Shown one piece after another: positions 1 to 9,688 of a stretch of DNA of 64,000 bases (the first letter of the stretch is position 1; every line of letters begins with the position of its first letter). This DNA is from Candidatus Nomurabacteria bacterium. Its GTDB lineage: Bacteria > Patescibacteriota > Saccharimonadia > Saccharimonadales > VXPC01. The notes under the pieces are model-generated. The model was not told the origin of the DNA. It saw nothing but the letters and a program-made list of their open reading frames with translations, and searched no databases. The stretch spans positions 485,854 through 549,853 of the forward strand of contig JACKGQ010000001.1 in the NCBI GenBank assembly GCA_020631905.1, read 5' to 3'. The translations under genes and the position numbers were made by a program.

Positions 1-1
1 C

Positions 2-514
2 AACTTAAATCAGGCAATACTAGAGATTATGCCGGAATTAGCTGAAAAATCTCAGATAGTCCTGCTAACTGGCAAGAAATACTATCAGCCAACCTTGGCC
101 GATGCGAGCAATCTAGAGAGTAAACTCAGACAACGCTTAATTATCGTAGAATTTAGCCATGATATGCCGAACCTTCTGCGGGGAGCACAAATTATTGTTA
201 GCCGAGCCGGCGCGACCGCACTTGCAGAAATAGCCGCCGCTGGTAAACCGAGCATAATTGTCCCGAACGATCTGTTGCCGGGTGGTCACCAGACCCAAAA
301 CGCCAACAGTTTCATAAAAGCTGATGCTACTATGATAGTCAAAGACTACGGCAGAATGCTTGATGCGCGTGACTTACTAACAAAATTGAACCTAATCTTA
401 ACCGATCACGAACTTCGGCAACGGTTAGCCGACAATGCTCGGCAATTAGCGGTGTTTGATTCGACCCACAGAACCGTCGAAGCAGTGTTTGAGGTACTAG
501 ATGAAAAAGCCTAA
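2..514 (+). CDS. murG: MurG glycosyltransferase, C-terminal part (5' end outside window)
   Basis: The frame is open to the window edge. SRAGATALAEIAAAGKPSIIVP and GGHQTQNA are motifs of the MurG C-domain. An ftsQ-like gene follows, as in dcw clusters. Confidence 0.8.
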   Translation, partial: NLNQAILEIMPELAEKSQIVLLTGKKYYQPTLADASNLESKLRQRLIIVEFSHDMPNLLRGAQIIVSRAGATALAEIAAAGKPSIIVPNDLLPGGHQTQNANSFIKADATMIVKDYGRMLDARDLLTKLNLILTDHELRQRLADNARQLAVFDSTHRTVEAVFEVLDEKA

Positions 515-1373
515 AGCGCGGAGAGCCTTTGCAATTAAGCCGGTGGCATTCAATGTTAATTGGCAGTCTGGACTTGATGCTGTTAAAAAGCGTCAGCGTT
601 CTTTAAAGCGTCATCAGCTAACTGTACGTTTTGAGGCCGGTGTGCTTCTTATCATGATTGTCGTGGCGTTAATTATTGGCCTAAGATTATCGACAAATCC
701 TGTTGTGTCTGTCGAGTCGAGTCAATTTAGTCAAGCGACAATACAAACTGTCAGCAAGAATGTTCGCAGTATCGCGACTGAAGTGCTCGAGTCGAAGCTA
801 CAATACCGGCTCAAGCCATTCGCGCCAAGAACAGAGTTGATTAACAAGCTAAAAACTCTACCAGAAGTTGAGGATGCAAGGCTGGCGATAAGTCCATATG
901 GCGCTCGGCCAGAGATTGTGGTTGATCTGATAAAAATTGTAGCCATCTACAAGCAAGCAAGTAACCGATACTTTTTAACATCAGCAGGGAAGGCGGTAGA
1001 GCTAAGAGGGGACGTTTTAATTGACCAGGCTAGTTTACCTCTGATTGAGGATACTCTATATAAAGTCGATCAGCTCGAAAACGACCAGTCGATATTCAGC
1101 CTGGATGAGCTAAATAGGCTTATGCAGCTAAATAAATTTCTGGAAGAGCAGGGGAGTGAGCTCGAAAGTGTTATGCCGGCGAAATATCAGATAAACCAGA
1201 ATCCTACGGAAGTAGTCATGATAAGTCAAACTGGCACCAAGTATGTATTTGTAAATGACGATAGTCTTTTGCAGCAAGCAGCTGGAGCGATAGTATTTGA
1301 AAGAGATAAAGAGCTAGGTGGTAAATACCGTACAGTAGATGCAAGAATCGTAGGCCGAGTCGTATATCGATAG
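501..1373 (+). CDS. FtsQ/DivIB-like cell-division protein
   Basis: Overlaps the murG stop. Has a basic N-terminus and one TM helix (VLLIMIVVALIIGL), and sits directly after murG. Confidence 0.45.
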   Translation: MKKPKARRAFAIKPVAFNVNWQSGLDAVKKRQRSLKRHQLTVRFEAGVLLIMIVVALIIGLRLSTNPVVSVESSQFSQATIQTVSKNVRSIATEVLESKLQYRLKPFAPRTELINKLKTLPEVEDARLAISPYGARPEIVVDLIKIVAIYKQASNRYFLTSAGKAVELRGDVLIDQASLPLIEDTLYKVDQLENDQSIFSLDELNRLMQLNKFLEEQGSELESVMPAKYQINQNPTEVVMISQTGTKYVFVNDDSLLQQAAGAIVFERDKELGGKYRTVDARIVGRVVYR

Positions 1374-1868
1374 GTAGCCACTCCACCTTCTCTTTCGCCA
1401 TGAAGTAGTCATATGTTCGCTTTTTGTACAGGTGAATAATATATTCAAAAAAACATAAAATAATATCAAACTGTGGAAAAGTCAAAACATCAAAAAAGGG
1501 GGAATAGGGCAGAAATACTTAAAATTGTCAAATATGGTGATTAAATATACAACGGTATGAAATGTTTCACGCAGGCTCTACGTTTGGTTCTGAATATGCC
1601 GAACAGTACTTAAATCAAGATCCTAGTGGACGATAGCAGCATATTATTAACGTGACGAACAAAAAGGAATCATACATGGCTAATATGCCAAAACTCCCCT
1701 GTTAGAGGATGTATAGTTAATCATCTATTATGTACAATATTAAGTCGTAAAATATACATTGTGCGACGTAAATACAATTTGTGAATATTGTCCCCTATGC
1801 ATTTTTACCGCTTTGGTTTTGTTACTATTGTTGCGTGTAAAATTTAAAATTTTTCGACCGCCCTGCTG

Positions 1869-4517
1869 CTAGCGTATGCTTATTTCCTGATTTTCTTGGA
1901 GCACGTCGTTTTTTTGATTTTTTTGGGCATTATTATTAATTTGTTGATGTTCGCTATTTGTACGGTTAATCGATGATTCGGTTTTCTTGTTTTTTGAACG
2001 GCTGCGCTTGCGTTTTCTTTTTGGTTTTACTACCCTAGCATCGTCGTTGCCATTGACTGCTTTAGAATCACCTAGACCTAGACCCAGAACGTTATTAATC
2101 GCCAGTTTTGCTGTACTAAGTTTGCCGTTGTTTGGTTGATCGGTTTTTGGAGTAATGTGCTTCGTATTGGTGTTCGTGTTCGTATTTTGTACAGGTTTTG
2201 AATCGTCTGTTGTGGCCGCCTGTTGGCTCTGTGTGACCATTTCTTCGACTTCTGATACCGGCTTAGCGTATGTCTGCCTAGAGTGTTCGATAATCGCACT
2301 ACTAAAATCATTTTGAGTCTCGGGGATTACTAATGTTCGTCCACTAAACGCTGGTGCTTTTTCGCCGCCAATAGTCATGGTTGTAACAAAACTACGATTC
2401 GCCAGCTGGATAATGTCTTGGGCTGTAAATTGTGGCGTGTAATACTTTTCTAGGAAAGGAGCATCGTCTGGGCTGACTCGAAATGAGACCATCGTACCAA
2501 CGTTTCCAAAAACTGCTCCGCGTACAACATCACTCATCTGAGATATATACTGGTTTGCCACGGTCAGGTTGAGGCCGTATTTGCGAGCTTCGCTTAAGAT
2601 TACCGCAAAGCTATCGGTGGCAAAGTTCTGAAATTCGTCGACGTATAAGTAGAATGGGCGTCGGTCTTCGATGCGAGGAATATCGGCACGGCTCATGGCT
2701 GCTAACTGGACTTTAGTAACCATCATTGCTCCTAAAATGGCGGCGTTATCTTCACCGATCAGGCCGCGAGATAGGTTCATAATCAGTATCTTGCCTTCAT
2801 CCATAATTTTACGGATGTTAAAGCTACCTTTCGGCTGTCCAATTATATTGCGGATCATTGGATTGGCTGTGAATGCGCCAACTTTGTTTAAGACTGGGGC
2901 GACCGCCTCGGTCGCATATTTTTCGTTCCAACTCGCAAACTCTGTTACCCAGAAATTCTTAACCACTATATCTTGAATATGATCAATAACATCTCTTCTA
3001 AAGAATTTGTCTGTCAACATGCGTGTAATATCGAGCATGGTCGAATTGGGATAATCGAGCAAAGCGAGTAATGTATAGCGCAATATATACTCAAGTCGTG
3101 GTCCCCAGGAGTCGAACATACGCTTCATAACTCCTACAAGCTCTGAGCTGATCATCCCTTTCTGGGTATTATCGTAAACCTCTAATGGGTTGAACCCGAT
3201 CGGATAGCTCGCATCGGCGGGGTTAAAGTAAACAACATCTTTAATACGGTGCTCAGGGATAAACCGCATATTATTAACGGCAAAATCGCCATGGGGATCG
3301 ATAATCGCGTAACCCTGATCGTAAAACACATCACTCAGCGCTAGTAGCTCAAGTAGTCCACTCTTGCCTGTACCGGTTTGGCCTAAGATGTAGATATGTC
3401 GTCCTCGGTCAGATCTGAGGGCGCCAAAAATCTCGTTGTGCCCGCGAAAATTAGTGACACCAAACAAGCTAATCGCACTATCGTGGTGTTTGCCCTGAGA
3501 TGGTAGATTTGCCGGTGGCTCGGCGGTTTTACTGTTTGCCCAATCAATATTGGGTGTTTCGACACTTGTGTGCGGTAAATGATATAAACTAGCGACTTCC
3601 TCGATATTTAAGATGTAGCCGTTATCTTTAAATTCGCGAGCGGCATAACTTTGTACGACCTCAGGATCGTAGCTAGTGCGTTTACTCGTAAACCCGTTTA
3701 AGTTGGTGGTATTAAACTGCTTAAACGTGCCAACCATCGCTTGTAAGCGTAAACGAGCTGTAATTTCGTTATTGCCAGCATAGATAATCCTAACCTTAAC
3801 CTGATAGCCAAGCTTTGTGCTCTTTGTCTCGATAGCACTAACTCGGCCGCGATCACGCTCGCTAAGTTGCTTCTCGCCGCCGGGCTTTTGGCTATATTCA
3901 GGAACCTTCATTGGCGCGCCTAGTATCTGGGCAATATTTGTACCAAACCCAGAGCCTCCCCCACCCTTGATTTTCTCAATCATTTTAGCGCCACGTTTAT
4001 GCCAATCATCCTGGATCGGCCTTGCGATAATCTGGATCCACATTTCTTCGTTGGGGTCGTCGAGCTTGGCTAGAGTGGCAGTCATTGCTGCCAACGGATC
4101 GACTTCGAAACTCGGAAAGGTTTTAATTGGAATAGTTTCGTTATCGGTTAAGACGAGTTCAGTACTATGAACTACGGTTTGCTGTAGTTGACGACCCGCA
4201 TAGTCTTGCTCTAGTTCTTGGATCTGAACAGATGGATACTGCGCATAAATTTGGCCTTCGACAAAACTCTGGAGTGACCGAGGTGTCCAGACATAAAAGC
4301 GAATCCGTTTATCGATTGCGGCAATCTCGAAACTGATGTGCTCTTGTTCTTCTGCCCCACCCCAGCGTTTGCGCGGACGTAAGATTCCATGTAGGGCTGC
4401 AAACATCTGTTCGGCAGCTAACTCTTTTTTATCGTTGGCTCGTGGTACCTCGAGTAACAGTAGTACACCCTCTTCCATCACAAAGACTTCCCTGCACTTT
4501 TTTGAAGGTGTAAACAC
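1869..4517 (-). CDS. Large P-loop ATPase of the TraD/VirD4/DUF87 type (type IV secretion coupling-protein-like) with a disordered basic C-terminal tail
   Basis: Walker A GQTGTGKSG, IIDPHGDF, and Walker-B-like FYLYVDEFQNF. The tail contains NTNTNTNTK and KPKRKRKRSRSKNKK. Confidence 0.6.
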   Translation of the reverse strand: MFTPSKKCREVFVMEEGVLLLLEVPRANDKKELAAEQMFAALHGILRPRKRWGGAEEQEHISFEIAAIDKRIRFYVWTPRSLQSFVEGQIYAQYPSVQIQELEQDYAGRQLQQTVVHSTELVLTDNETIPIKTFPSFEVDPLAAMTATLAKLDDPNEEMWIQIIARPIQDDWHKRGAKMIEKIKGGGGSGFGTNIAQILGAPMKVPEYSQKPGGEKQLSERDRGRVSAIETKSTKLGYQVKVRIIYAGNNEITARLRLQAMVGTFKQFNTTNLNGFTSKRTSYDPEVVQSYAAREFKDNGYILNIEEVASLYHLPHTSVETPNIDWANSKTAEPPANLPSQGKHHDSAISLFGVTNFRGHNEIFGALRSDRGRHIYILGQTGTGKSGLLELLALSDVFYDQGYAIIDPHGDFAVNNMRFIPEHRIKDVVYFNPADASYPIGFNPLEVYDNTQKGMISSELVGVMKRMFDSWGPRLEYILRYTLLALLDYPNSTMLDITRMLTDKFFRRDVIDHIQDIVVKNFWVTEFASWNEKYATEAVAPVLNKVGAFTANPMIRNIIGQPKGSFNIRKIMDEGKILIMNLSRGLIGEDNAAILGAMMVTKVQLAAMSRADIPRIEDRRPFYLYVDEFQNFATDSFAVILSEARKYGLNLTVANQYISQMSDVVRGAVFGNVGTMVSFRVSPDDAPFLEKYYTPQFTAQDIIQLANRSFVTTMTIGGEKAPAFSGRTLVIPETQNDFSSAIIEHSRQTYAKPVSEVEEMVTQSQQAATTDDSKPVQNTNTNTNTKHITPKTDQPNNGKLSTAKLAINNVLGLGLGDSKAVNGNDDARVVKPKRKRKRSRSKNKKTESSINRTNSEHQQINNNAQKNQKNDVLQENQEISIR

Positions 4518-4589
4518 ATAAGCATATTATAACTCAAGAATCAGCATGTTAGAAGCTGTCTACTAGTTTCTGCCTAAAGCAGTTTTTGT

Positions 4590-5669
4590 CTAGGCTTTTT
4601 CGGCTAAAGTATAGGTGGCTTTAGCGACTCGTTTGAACTGTGGTTTGCCCTGCAAGTTCAAGAGAATAGTCGTTTCTTTTACCTGGCGCTGTTTAAGTAC
4701 CTGCTTGATAATTTCATCACGGTGCATAGGTTCGCCATTTTTACGCAAAATCTTAGTAATTACATCGGCTACAGTACCCTTGTTGTAACCCCACTCGCTT
4801 AATGCGTAGATACCTCGGCCGATCAACACGAACCGTTTATCCTTGATTAATTCGTTGTGGATCGCTTGGGTAGTTACATCTTTACGCTTGAAGTCGCTAG
4901 ACTTGATTGCTTTGCTGATTTCCGAGAAGTGCATCGGTTTTCCGTCTTCCTGAAGAATCAGATAAATTTTGTCGCGAATATTCTTTGGGTTTACAGTTGG
5001 CCATTTGGTTAAGCCCCATAAACCATTGAGGGTTGAAAGCTGCTTACTTAGCGATGCGAGGCCAGCTACGTGATCTTCGTGCGAAAGTTTCGAGTTGTAC
5101 TTTGCGTGAATCGTCTTCGAATCTGTTGGTTCACCATGTTCTTTGATGGTCTTTACTAGTTCTGCAATATGGCCTTTCATGGCTTTTTCGTCGTGGTGTT
5201 CAAGTAAGCCGGCGCCTAGATAGTGGTTATCATCTTCGTCTACCACTGCTAATTCTGGAGTTAACTTTGCCAAGAAAGCGACTCTGGCTTGGTCTATCTT
5301 GGAGTTATCTTTGGTTAACTTAGCTGTTAAGTCGCTAATCTTACTTGCATTGCCCAAGTCTTTTATAAAGTGTGTTAATGTCTGACTGATTTCTGACATG
5401 TGTGGCAGATTGTTCTCGGCAGCTTTTAGTTTTGCAACCACTGCCTTTTCGAGCTGGCGGACGCGTTCGCGAGTTATACCTAATAATTCGCCAATTTGCT
5501 CTAAAGTTTCTTTACGGTCAAATAGCCCGAAACGGCGAGCGATAATCTCGCGTTCGCGTTCGCGTTCGATAGTGCCTAAAATATCCTTAACTACTGCTTC
5601 GATGTTAAGTTGTTGAGGGGTGGCTGCTGGGCTGGTTTCTTCCATAAAACTCCTAATAATGGCAGTCAT
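4590..5669 (-). CDS. Sigma-70 region-4-like HTH protein with C-terminal HARE-HTH-like repeats
   Basis: IIARRFGL...TLEQIGELLGITRERVRQLEKAVVAKLK is a sigma region 4 signature. No region 2 is visible. Two similar C-terminal modules are present (MHFSEISKAI.., MHRDEIIKQV..). Confidence 0.5.
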   Translation of the reverse strand: MTAIIRSFMEETSPAATPQQLNIEAVVKDILGTIEREREREIIARRFGLFDRKETLEQIGELLGITRERVRQLEKAVVAKLKAAENNLPHMSEISQTLTHFIKDLGNASKISDLTAKLTKDNSKIDQARVAFLAKLTPELAVVDEDDNHYLGAGLLEHHDEKAMKGHIAELVKTIKEHGEPTDSKTIHAKYNSKLSHEDHVAGLASLSKQLSTLNGLWGLTKWPTVNPKNIRDKIYLILQEDGKPMHFSEISKAIKSSDFKRKDVTTQAIHNELIKDKRFVLIGRGIYALSEWGYNKGTVADVITKILRKNGEPMHRDEIIKQVLKQRQVKETTILLNLQGKPQFKRVAKATYTLAEKA

Positions 5670-5824
5670 TTAATAAATAATACCATATTATAAAACTAGT
5701 TTGTTAATAAATCAATACATTTCGTAATAATATCTATTTTACCACACATTGGCAGTCAACACATAATTGTATTTAGCCTAACAACACTTTAGACACATTG
5801 TAAAAAACACATGGTCGACAAATA

Positions 5825-8104
5825 TTATTTTTTCTTGATTGGGCGTCGTTTGCGGCCAGGTTTGGCCTCGGCAAGTAGTTTGGTGGCTTCGGTTTCGGAA
5901 ATATCTTCGGGTTTCTTGTCTTTAGCAATCCGAGCGTTCTTCTTGCCGTCAGTGATATACGGTCCGTATGGCCCACGAAGAATCTTAACTTTACCCCAGT
6001 CGGCAATCACCTTCTTGGCTTCGGCTGCTAGTTTGTCGGCAATTAACTGTTTGGCTTCCTCCAAGCTGATCGTGTGAGGGTCGTGACCTTTGATACTTGC
6101 ATATAACTTGCCAGCTTGGACATAGGGTCCGAAACGACCGATGTTGGCCTTAATCTCTTCGCCATTATCGTCTTGGCCAAGGATGCGTGGCAGCTTGAAC
6201 ATCTCTAGGGCTTGCTCGAGTGTAATGGTGGTTATCTGGGCTTCCTTAGGCATAGGTGCGAATTCGGGCTTTTCTTCTTGGTCTTCGGCCCTGCCCTTTT
6301 GCAACATTGGTCCAAACCGGCCCATTCGGGCAAAGATTTTTTTGCCGTCTTTGGGATCGACACCTAGTTCACGCATGTTACTAACTTCGGCCCGACTAAC
6401 GTCCTGGGCTTTTAAAATGCTTGGGTGGAAGTCTTGATAAAAATCTTTTAGGTAGTTGTTCCAGATGAGTTTGCCGTCGGCAATTTCATCGAAATGTGCT
6501 TCGACACTAGACGTAAATGAATAGTCCATGATCTGAGAAAAATGATCGCTCAGAAAAGTCGTTACCATATTTGCCAGTGGTGTCGGTAGTAGTTTATTGC
6601 TGTCTCCAGCGTAATTCTCCGATTCCTCAGTTTCGGTGATCATGTTATTTTCTAACCGGATTAACTCGACTTGCCTTTGTTTCGGCGCAATATCGGCTTT
6701 TTCGATATAGCCGCGGTCTTGAATTGTGCTGATAGTTGGGGCGTAGGTGCTCGGTCGACCGATCCCTAACTCTTCTAGCTTCCTGACCAAACTTGCTTCA
6801 GAATATCTTGCTGGCGGTTTTGCATATGTTTGGCGAGCTTCGACCCAGTTTAGGGCTAGCGAGTCGCCTTCGCTAATATGCGGCAAAATTACGTCGTCTT
6901 TGGCGCCACCGTAGGCACGCATAAATCCGTCGAACACCAAGACCTCGCCTTTTGCCACAAAGTACTCTGGCCTAGTTTCTACTGGTATGGTCAGCTCTGT
7001 GCGAATTGTTTTGGCTTTGGCCATCTGACTGGCCAGCGCCCGGCGCCAGATAAGGTTATAAATTTTCTTTTGCTGTTCGTCGGCACCGGCTACTTCGTTG
7101 GTAAAGTTAGTCGGCCTAATTGCTTCGTGTGCTTCCTGAGCGCTGCTATTCTTGGTTTTAAAATTTTTTACATCGACATAGTCTTTACCGTATGTTTGCT
7201 CGATATAGCTCGCGGCGGCTGCCATAGCCTGCTTACTTAAATTTGTACTATCGGTGCGCATATAGGTGATATGGCCGGCTTCGTATAGTCTCTGGGCGAG
7301 TTGCATAGTCTGGCGAACGCTATAGCCTAAACGACGTGAAGCCTCTTGCTGGAGCGTACTGGTAGTAAATGGAGCCCCAGGGTTTTTGGAGCCAGGTTTC
7401 TCAGATATTTGGCCAACTTTAAAGCTTCGATTTTGGCACGCCAGCAGAAACTCTCGAGCACTAGTATGATTTGGGAGTTTTTTGTTTAACTCGGCTGGCA
7501 AGCTCGCATCACCTGCACTAAACTCGGCAACAAGTCTAAAATTGGAATCGGCCTCGAAGGCCTCTATTTCTTGTTCGCGCTCAACAATCAGTTTGACAGC
7601 TACCGATTGAACACGTCCAGCGCTCAACCCGGTCTGGACCTTTTTCCAGAGAATCGGGCTAAGCTCGTAACCGACTACCCTATCGAGTACACGGCGAGCT
7701 TGTTGGGCGTCAACCAGTTTTTGATCAACCGTACGCGGGCTGGCAATTGCTGCTTCGATGGCCGGCTTGGTGATCTCATGAAAGACGATTCGTTTGGTAG
7801 TGGCTGGCTGCAAACCCAATGCGTGGCATAAATGCCAGGCGATTGCCTCACCTTCACGGTCTTCGTCGCTGGCTAGAATAACTTCGTCGGCAGACTTAAC
7901 TGCCTTTTTGAGTTCGGCAACCACTTTCTTTTTATCGGGGTTGATTTCGTATTTGGGGGTAAAATCGCCTTCGATATCGATATTCATGCCTTTACTAGGC
8001 AAGTCGCGAATATGCCCGACAGAGCTCATAACTTTATAGCCTGCACCAAGATACTTCTCGATTGTTTTGGCCTTGGCCGGCGACTCGACGATAACTAACT
8101 TCAC
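5825..8104 (-). CDS. topA: DNA topoisomerase I
   Basis: N-terminal Toprim MKLVIVESPAKAKTIEKYLG, the EGEAIAWH motif, active-site region YITYMRTDS, and C-terminal GRFGPY/GPYGPY repeats. Confidence 0.95.
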   Translation of the reverse strand: MKLVIVESPAKAKTIEKYLGAGYKVMSSVGHIRDLPSKGMNIDIEGDFTPKYEINPDKKKVVAELKKAVKSADEVILASDEDREGEAIAWHLCHALGLQPATTKRIVFHEITKPAIEAAIASPRTVDQKLVDAQQARRVLDRVVGYELSPILWKKVQTGLSAGRVQSVAVKLIVEREQEIEAFEADSNFRLVAEFSAGDASLPAELNKKLPNHTSAREFLLACQNRSFKVGQISEKPGSKNPGAPFTTSTLQQEASRRLGYSVRQTMQLAQRLYEAGHITYMRTDSTNLSKQAMAAAASYIEQTYGKDYVDVKNFKTKNSSAQEAHEAIRPTNFTNEVAGADEQQKKIYNLIWRRALASQMAKAKTIRTELTIPVETRPEYFVAKGEVLVFDGFMRAYGGAKDDVILPHISEGDSLALNWVEARQTYAKPPARYSEASLVRKLEELGIGRPSTYAPTISTIQDRGYIEKADIAPKQRQVELIRLENNMITETEESENYAGDSNKLLPTPLANMVTTFLSDHFSQIMDYSFTSSVEAHFDEIADGKLIWNNYLKDFYQDFHPSILKAQDVSRAEVSNMRELGVDPKDGKKIFARMGRFGPMLQKGRAEDQEEKPEFAPMPKEAQITTITLEQALEMFKLPRILGQDDNGEEIKANIGRFGPYVQAGKLYASIKGHDPHTISLEEAKQLIADKLAAEAKKVIADWGKVKILRGPYGPYITDGKKNARIAKDKKPEDISETEATKLLAEAKPGRKRRPIKKK

Positions 8105-8203
8105 GAGTTCGCCTCTGTTAACTTGTTGCTTATGTTAAAAATCATTCGCTGGCTATACTAGCACCGAACACTCGATTGTCAAAACTAGCAGCCAGGCAAT
8201 GGC

Positions 8204-9049
8204 CTACCTAAGGCTCCAAATACCGGCGACGCATACTATTTCGCCGCGGATCTCCATGAGCGTCAGGGCTTGCTGTAGAGCGATGGGTTCTAGGTTTGTA
8301 TTTAGCTGAAGGTTTTCGGTTGCAAGTGGCTGTGCACTCAAGGCTTTATAAATCTTTTCTTCTTCGGGACTTTCAAAGACTAGTCTCGGCTGTTGTTTCT
8401 GCCGAGGCGAGATCTTGAGTGCATCGAGTATATCTGCGCCCGAGGTAATCATACGAGCACCTTGTTTTATCAGCATATTGGTTCCAACAGATAACTGGCT
8501 ATTTATCGGACCAGGTACGGCTAAAACCTCGGTGCCAAGATCGAGTGCAAAACTAGCGGTGTGCAGACTCCCGCTATTAGCCGCCGCCTCAACAATCAAC
8601 ACGGCATCGGCCAGTGCGGCCACAATCCGATTACGTGCGATAAACTGATATTTTTGAGGCAGTGTAGTGCCTGGGTACTCACTAATAAGTATGCCGTTGC
8701 TGCTAATAATGTTTTCGCCTAGCTTCTGATTTGTGCGTGGGTAAATTGTTTCGATACCGCATGGTAGCACTGCCCCAACAGCCAGGCCAACATCAAGACC
8801 GGCCCGACAAGCAAGCCCGTCGACCCCGAGGGCTAGGCCGCTAATGATATTGATTTCGTAACCTCTGATCGAACTGATAAGTTGCTCGGTGACAGTTTTT
8901 CCATAGGTCGATGGACTACGGCTGCCGATGACTGCAAGGGTTGGCTTGGTAAAATCGAATTGACCACGCGCGTATAGCAGTTCTGGTGGATCTGCCAGCT
9001 GGCTGAGCCTTTTGGGAAAATCTGCAAGCGTAAGCTTTTTGACAATCAT
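8204..9049 (-). CDS. dprA: DNA processing protein DprA
   Basis: Rossmann-like core IISGLALGVDGLACRAGL, IVEAAANSGSLHTA, and a C-terminal winged-helix region. Confidence 0.85.
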   Translation of the reverse strand: MIVKKLTLADFPKRLSQLADPPELLYARGQFDFTKPTLAVIGSRSPSTYGKTVTEQLISSIRGYEINIISGLALGVDGLACRAGLDVGLAVGAVLPCGIETIYPRTNQKLGENIISSNGILISEYPGTTLPQKYQFIARNRIVAALADAVLIVEAAANSGSLHTASFALDLGTEVLAVPGPINSQLSVGTNMLIKQGARMITSGADILDALKISPRQKQQPRLVFESPEEEKIYKALSAQPLATENLQLNTNLEPIALQQALTLMEIRGEIVCVAGIWSLR

Positions 9050-9069
9050 AATATTTTATTTAATAAGGC

Positions 9070-9098
9070 TTGACTATAACGCAACTATGTGCTAAACT
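9070..9098 (+). promoter_or_regulatory. Sigma-70-type promoter TTGACT-17-TAAACT
   Basis: -35 TTGACT at 9070-9075, a 17-nt spacer, and -10 TAAACT at 9093-9098. No ORF with an RBS follows. Confidence 0.45.
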
Positions 9099-9104
9099 AG
9101 CGCG

Positions 9105-9448
9105 GTAAATAGTTAATTTACTATTTATAGTACCTTATACCCCCATTCTAACATTTGTTAGGTTGATTTAGAGCGTGCCATTATGTTGCTACCCTCCACA
9201 TACTTGGCTTCTGGTTTGACCAGGAGCGTTCTAAGTCAAACTAATCCCTTTAACCACGCTTCCCCACTCGTTTTGATTGAGTTTGGTGGAAACGTACAAG
9301 CCTTCTGGTGGGCCCTTTGTTACTCTTGCGAGAAAGTAACAACCGTAGGAGCCTTCAAGGTGGGTTGAAGGGTGTATAGATTGGCCCGAAGCTTTCGGGT
9401 CATGTAAAGAGCCTGCAGCGGTGCCCACCCCCTCTGCAGGCTCTTTTT
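9105..9448 (+). ncRNA. Candidate ~340-nt structured RNA of unknown class
   Basis: Bounded by its own promoter and an intrinsic terminator. Contains at least 7 consecutive perfect hairpins of 6-8 bp (e.g. GTTTGAC/GTCAAAC, TTGTTACT/AGTAACAA, CCTTCAA/TTGAAGG, GCCCGAA/TTCGGGT). The only ORF (61 aa, 9183-9368) has no RBS and its composition does not look protein-like. Confidence 0.35.
9408..9448 (+). terminator. Intrinsic terminator
   Basis: 11-bp stem AGAGCCTGCAG/CTGCAGGCTCT, 15-nt loop, followed by TTTTT. Confidence 0.75.
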
Positions 9449-9688
9449 ATGTTTAATCTAACTCTAGCAACAGGTTTCTGATATTTACCAGAGTAATTGA
9501 TAATTATGTGCAATTTGATAACCAATAGTTACTACTAACCAGTTTTGCTTTCTATGCCATCGGCTAAACCTTAAAACATTTGTAATCATGCAACAATATG
9601 GTACAATATGTGGGCTATTCTCAATTCACGTTGAGACTCCTGATGGGAAAGCCTCATTGGAGTATTTGGTAGCAAGGGAGGGTCAGTA

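Noticed and set aside
9105-9448. RNase P RNA, SRP RNA, 6S RNA or tmRNA identity for the structured RNA candidate
   Set aside because: None of the universal motifs I can recall is present (GAGGAAAGUCC, the SRP domain IV GGAA/AGCA loops, a tRNA-like end). The multi-hairpin layout is unlike the single long helix of 6S RNA. The class is left open.
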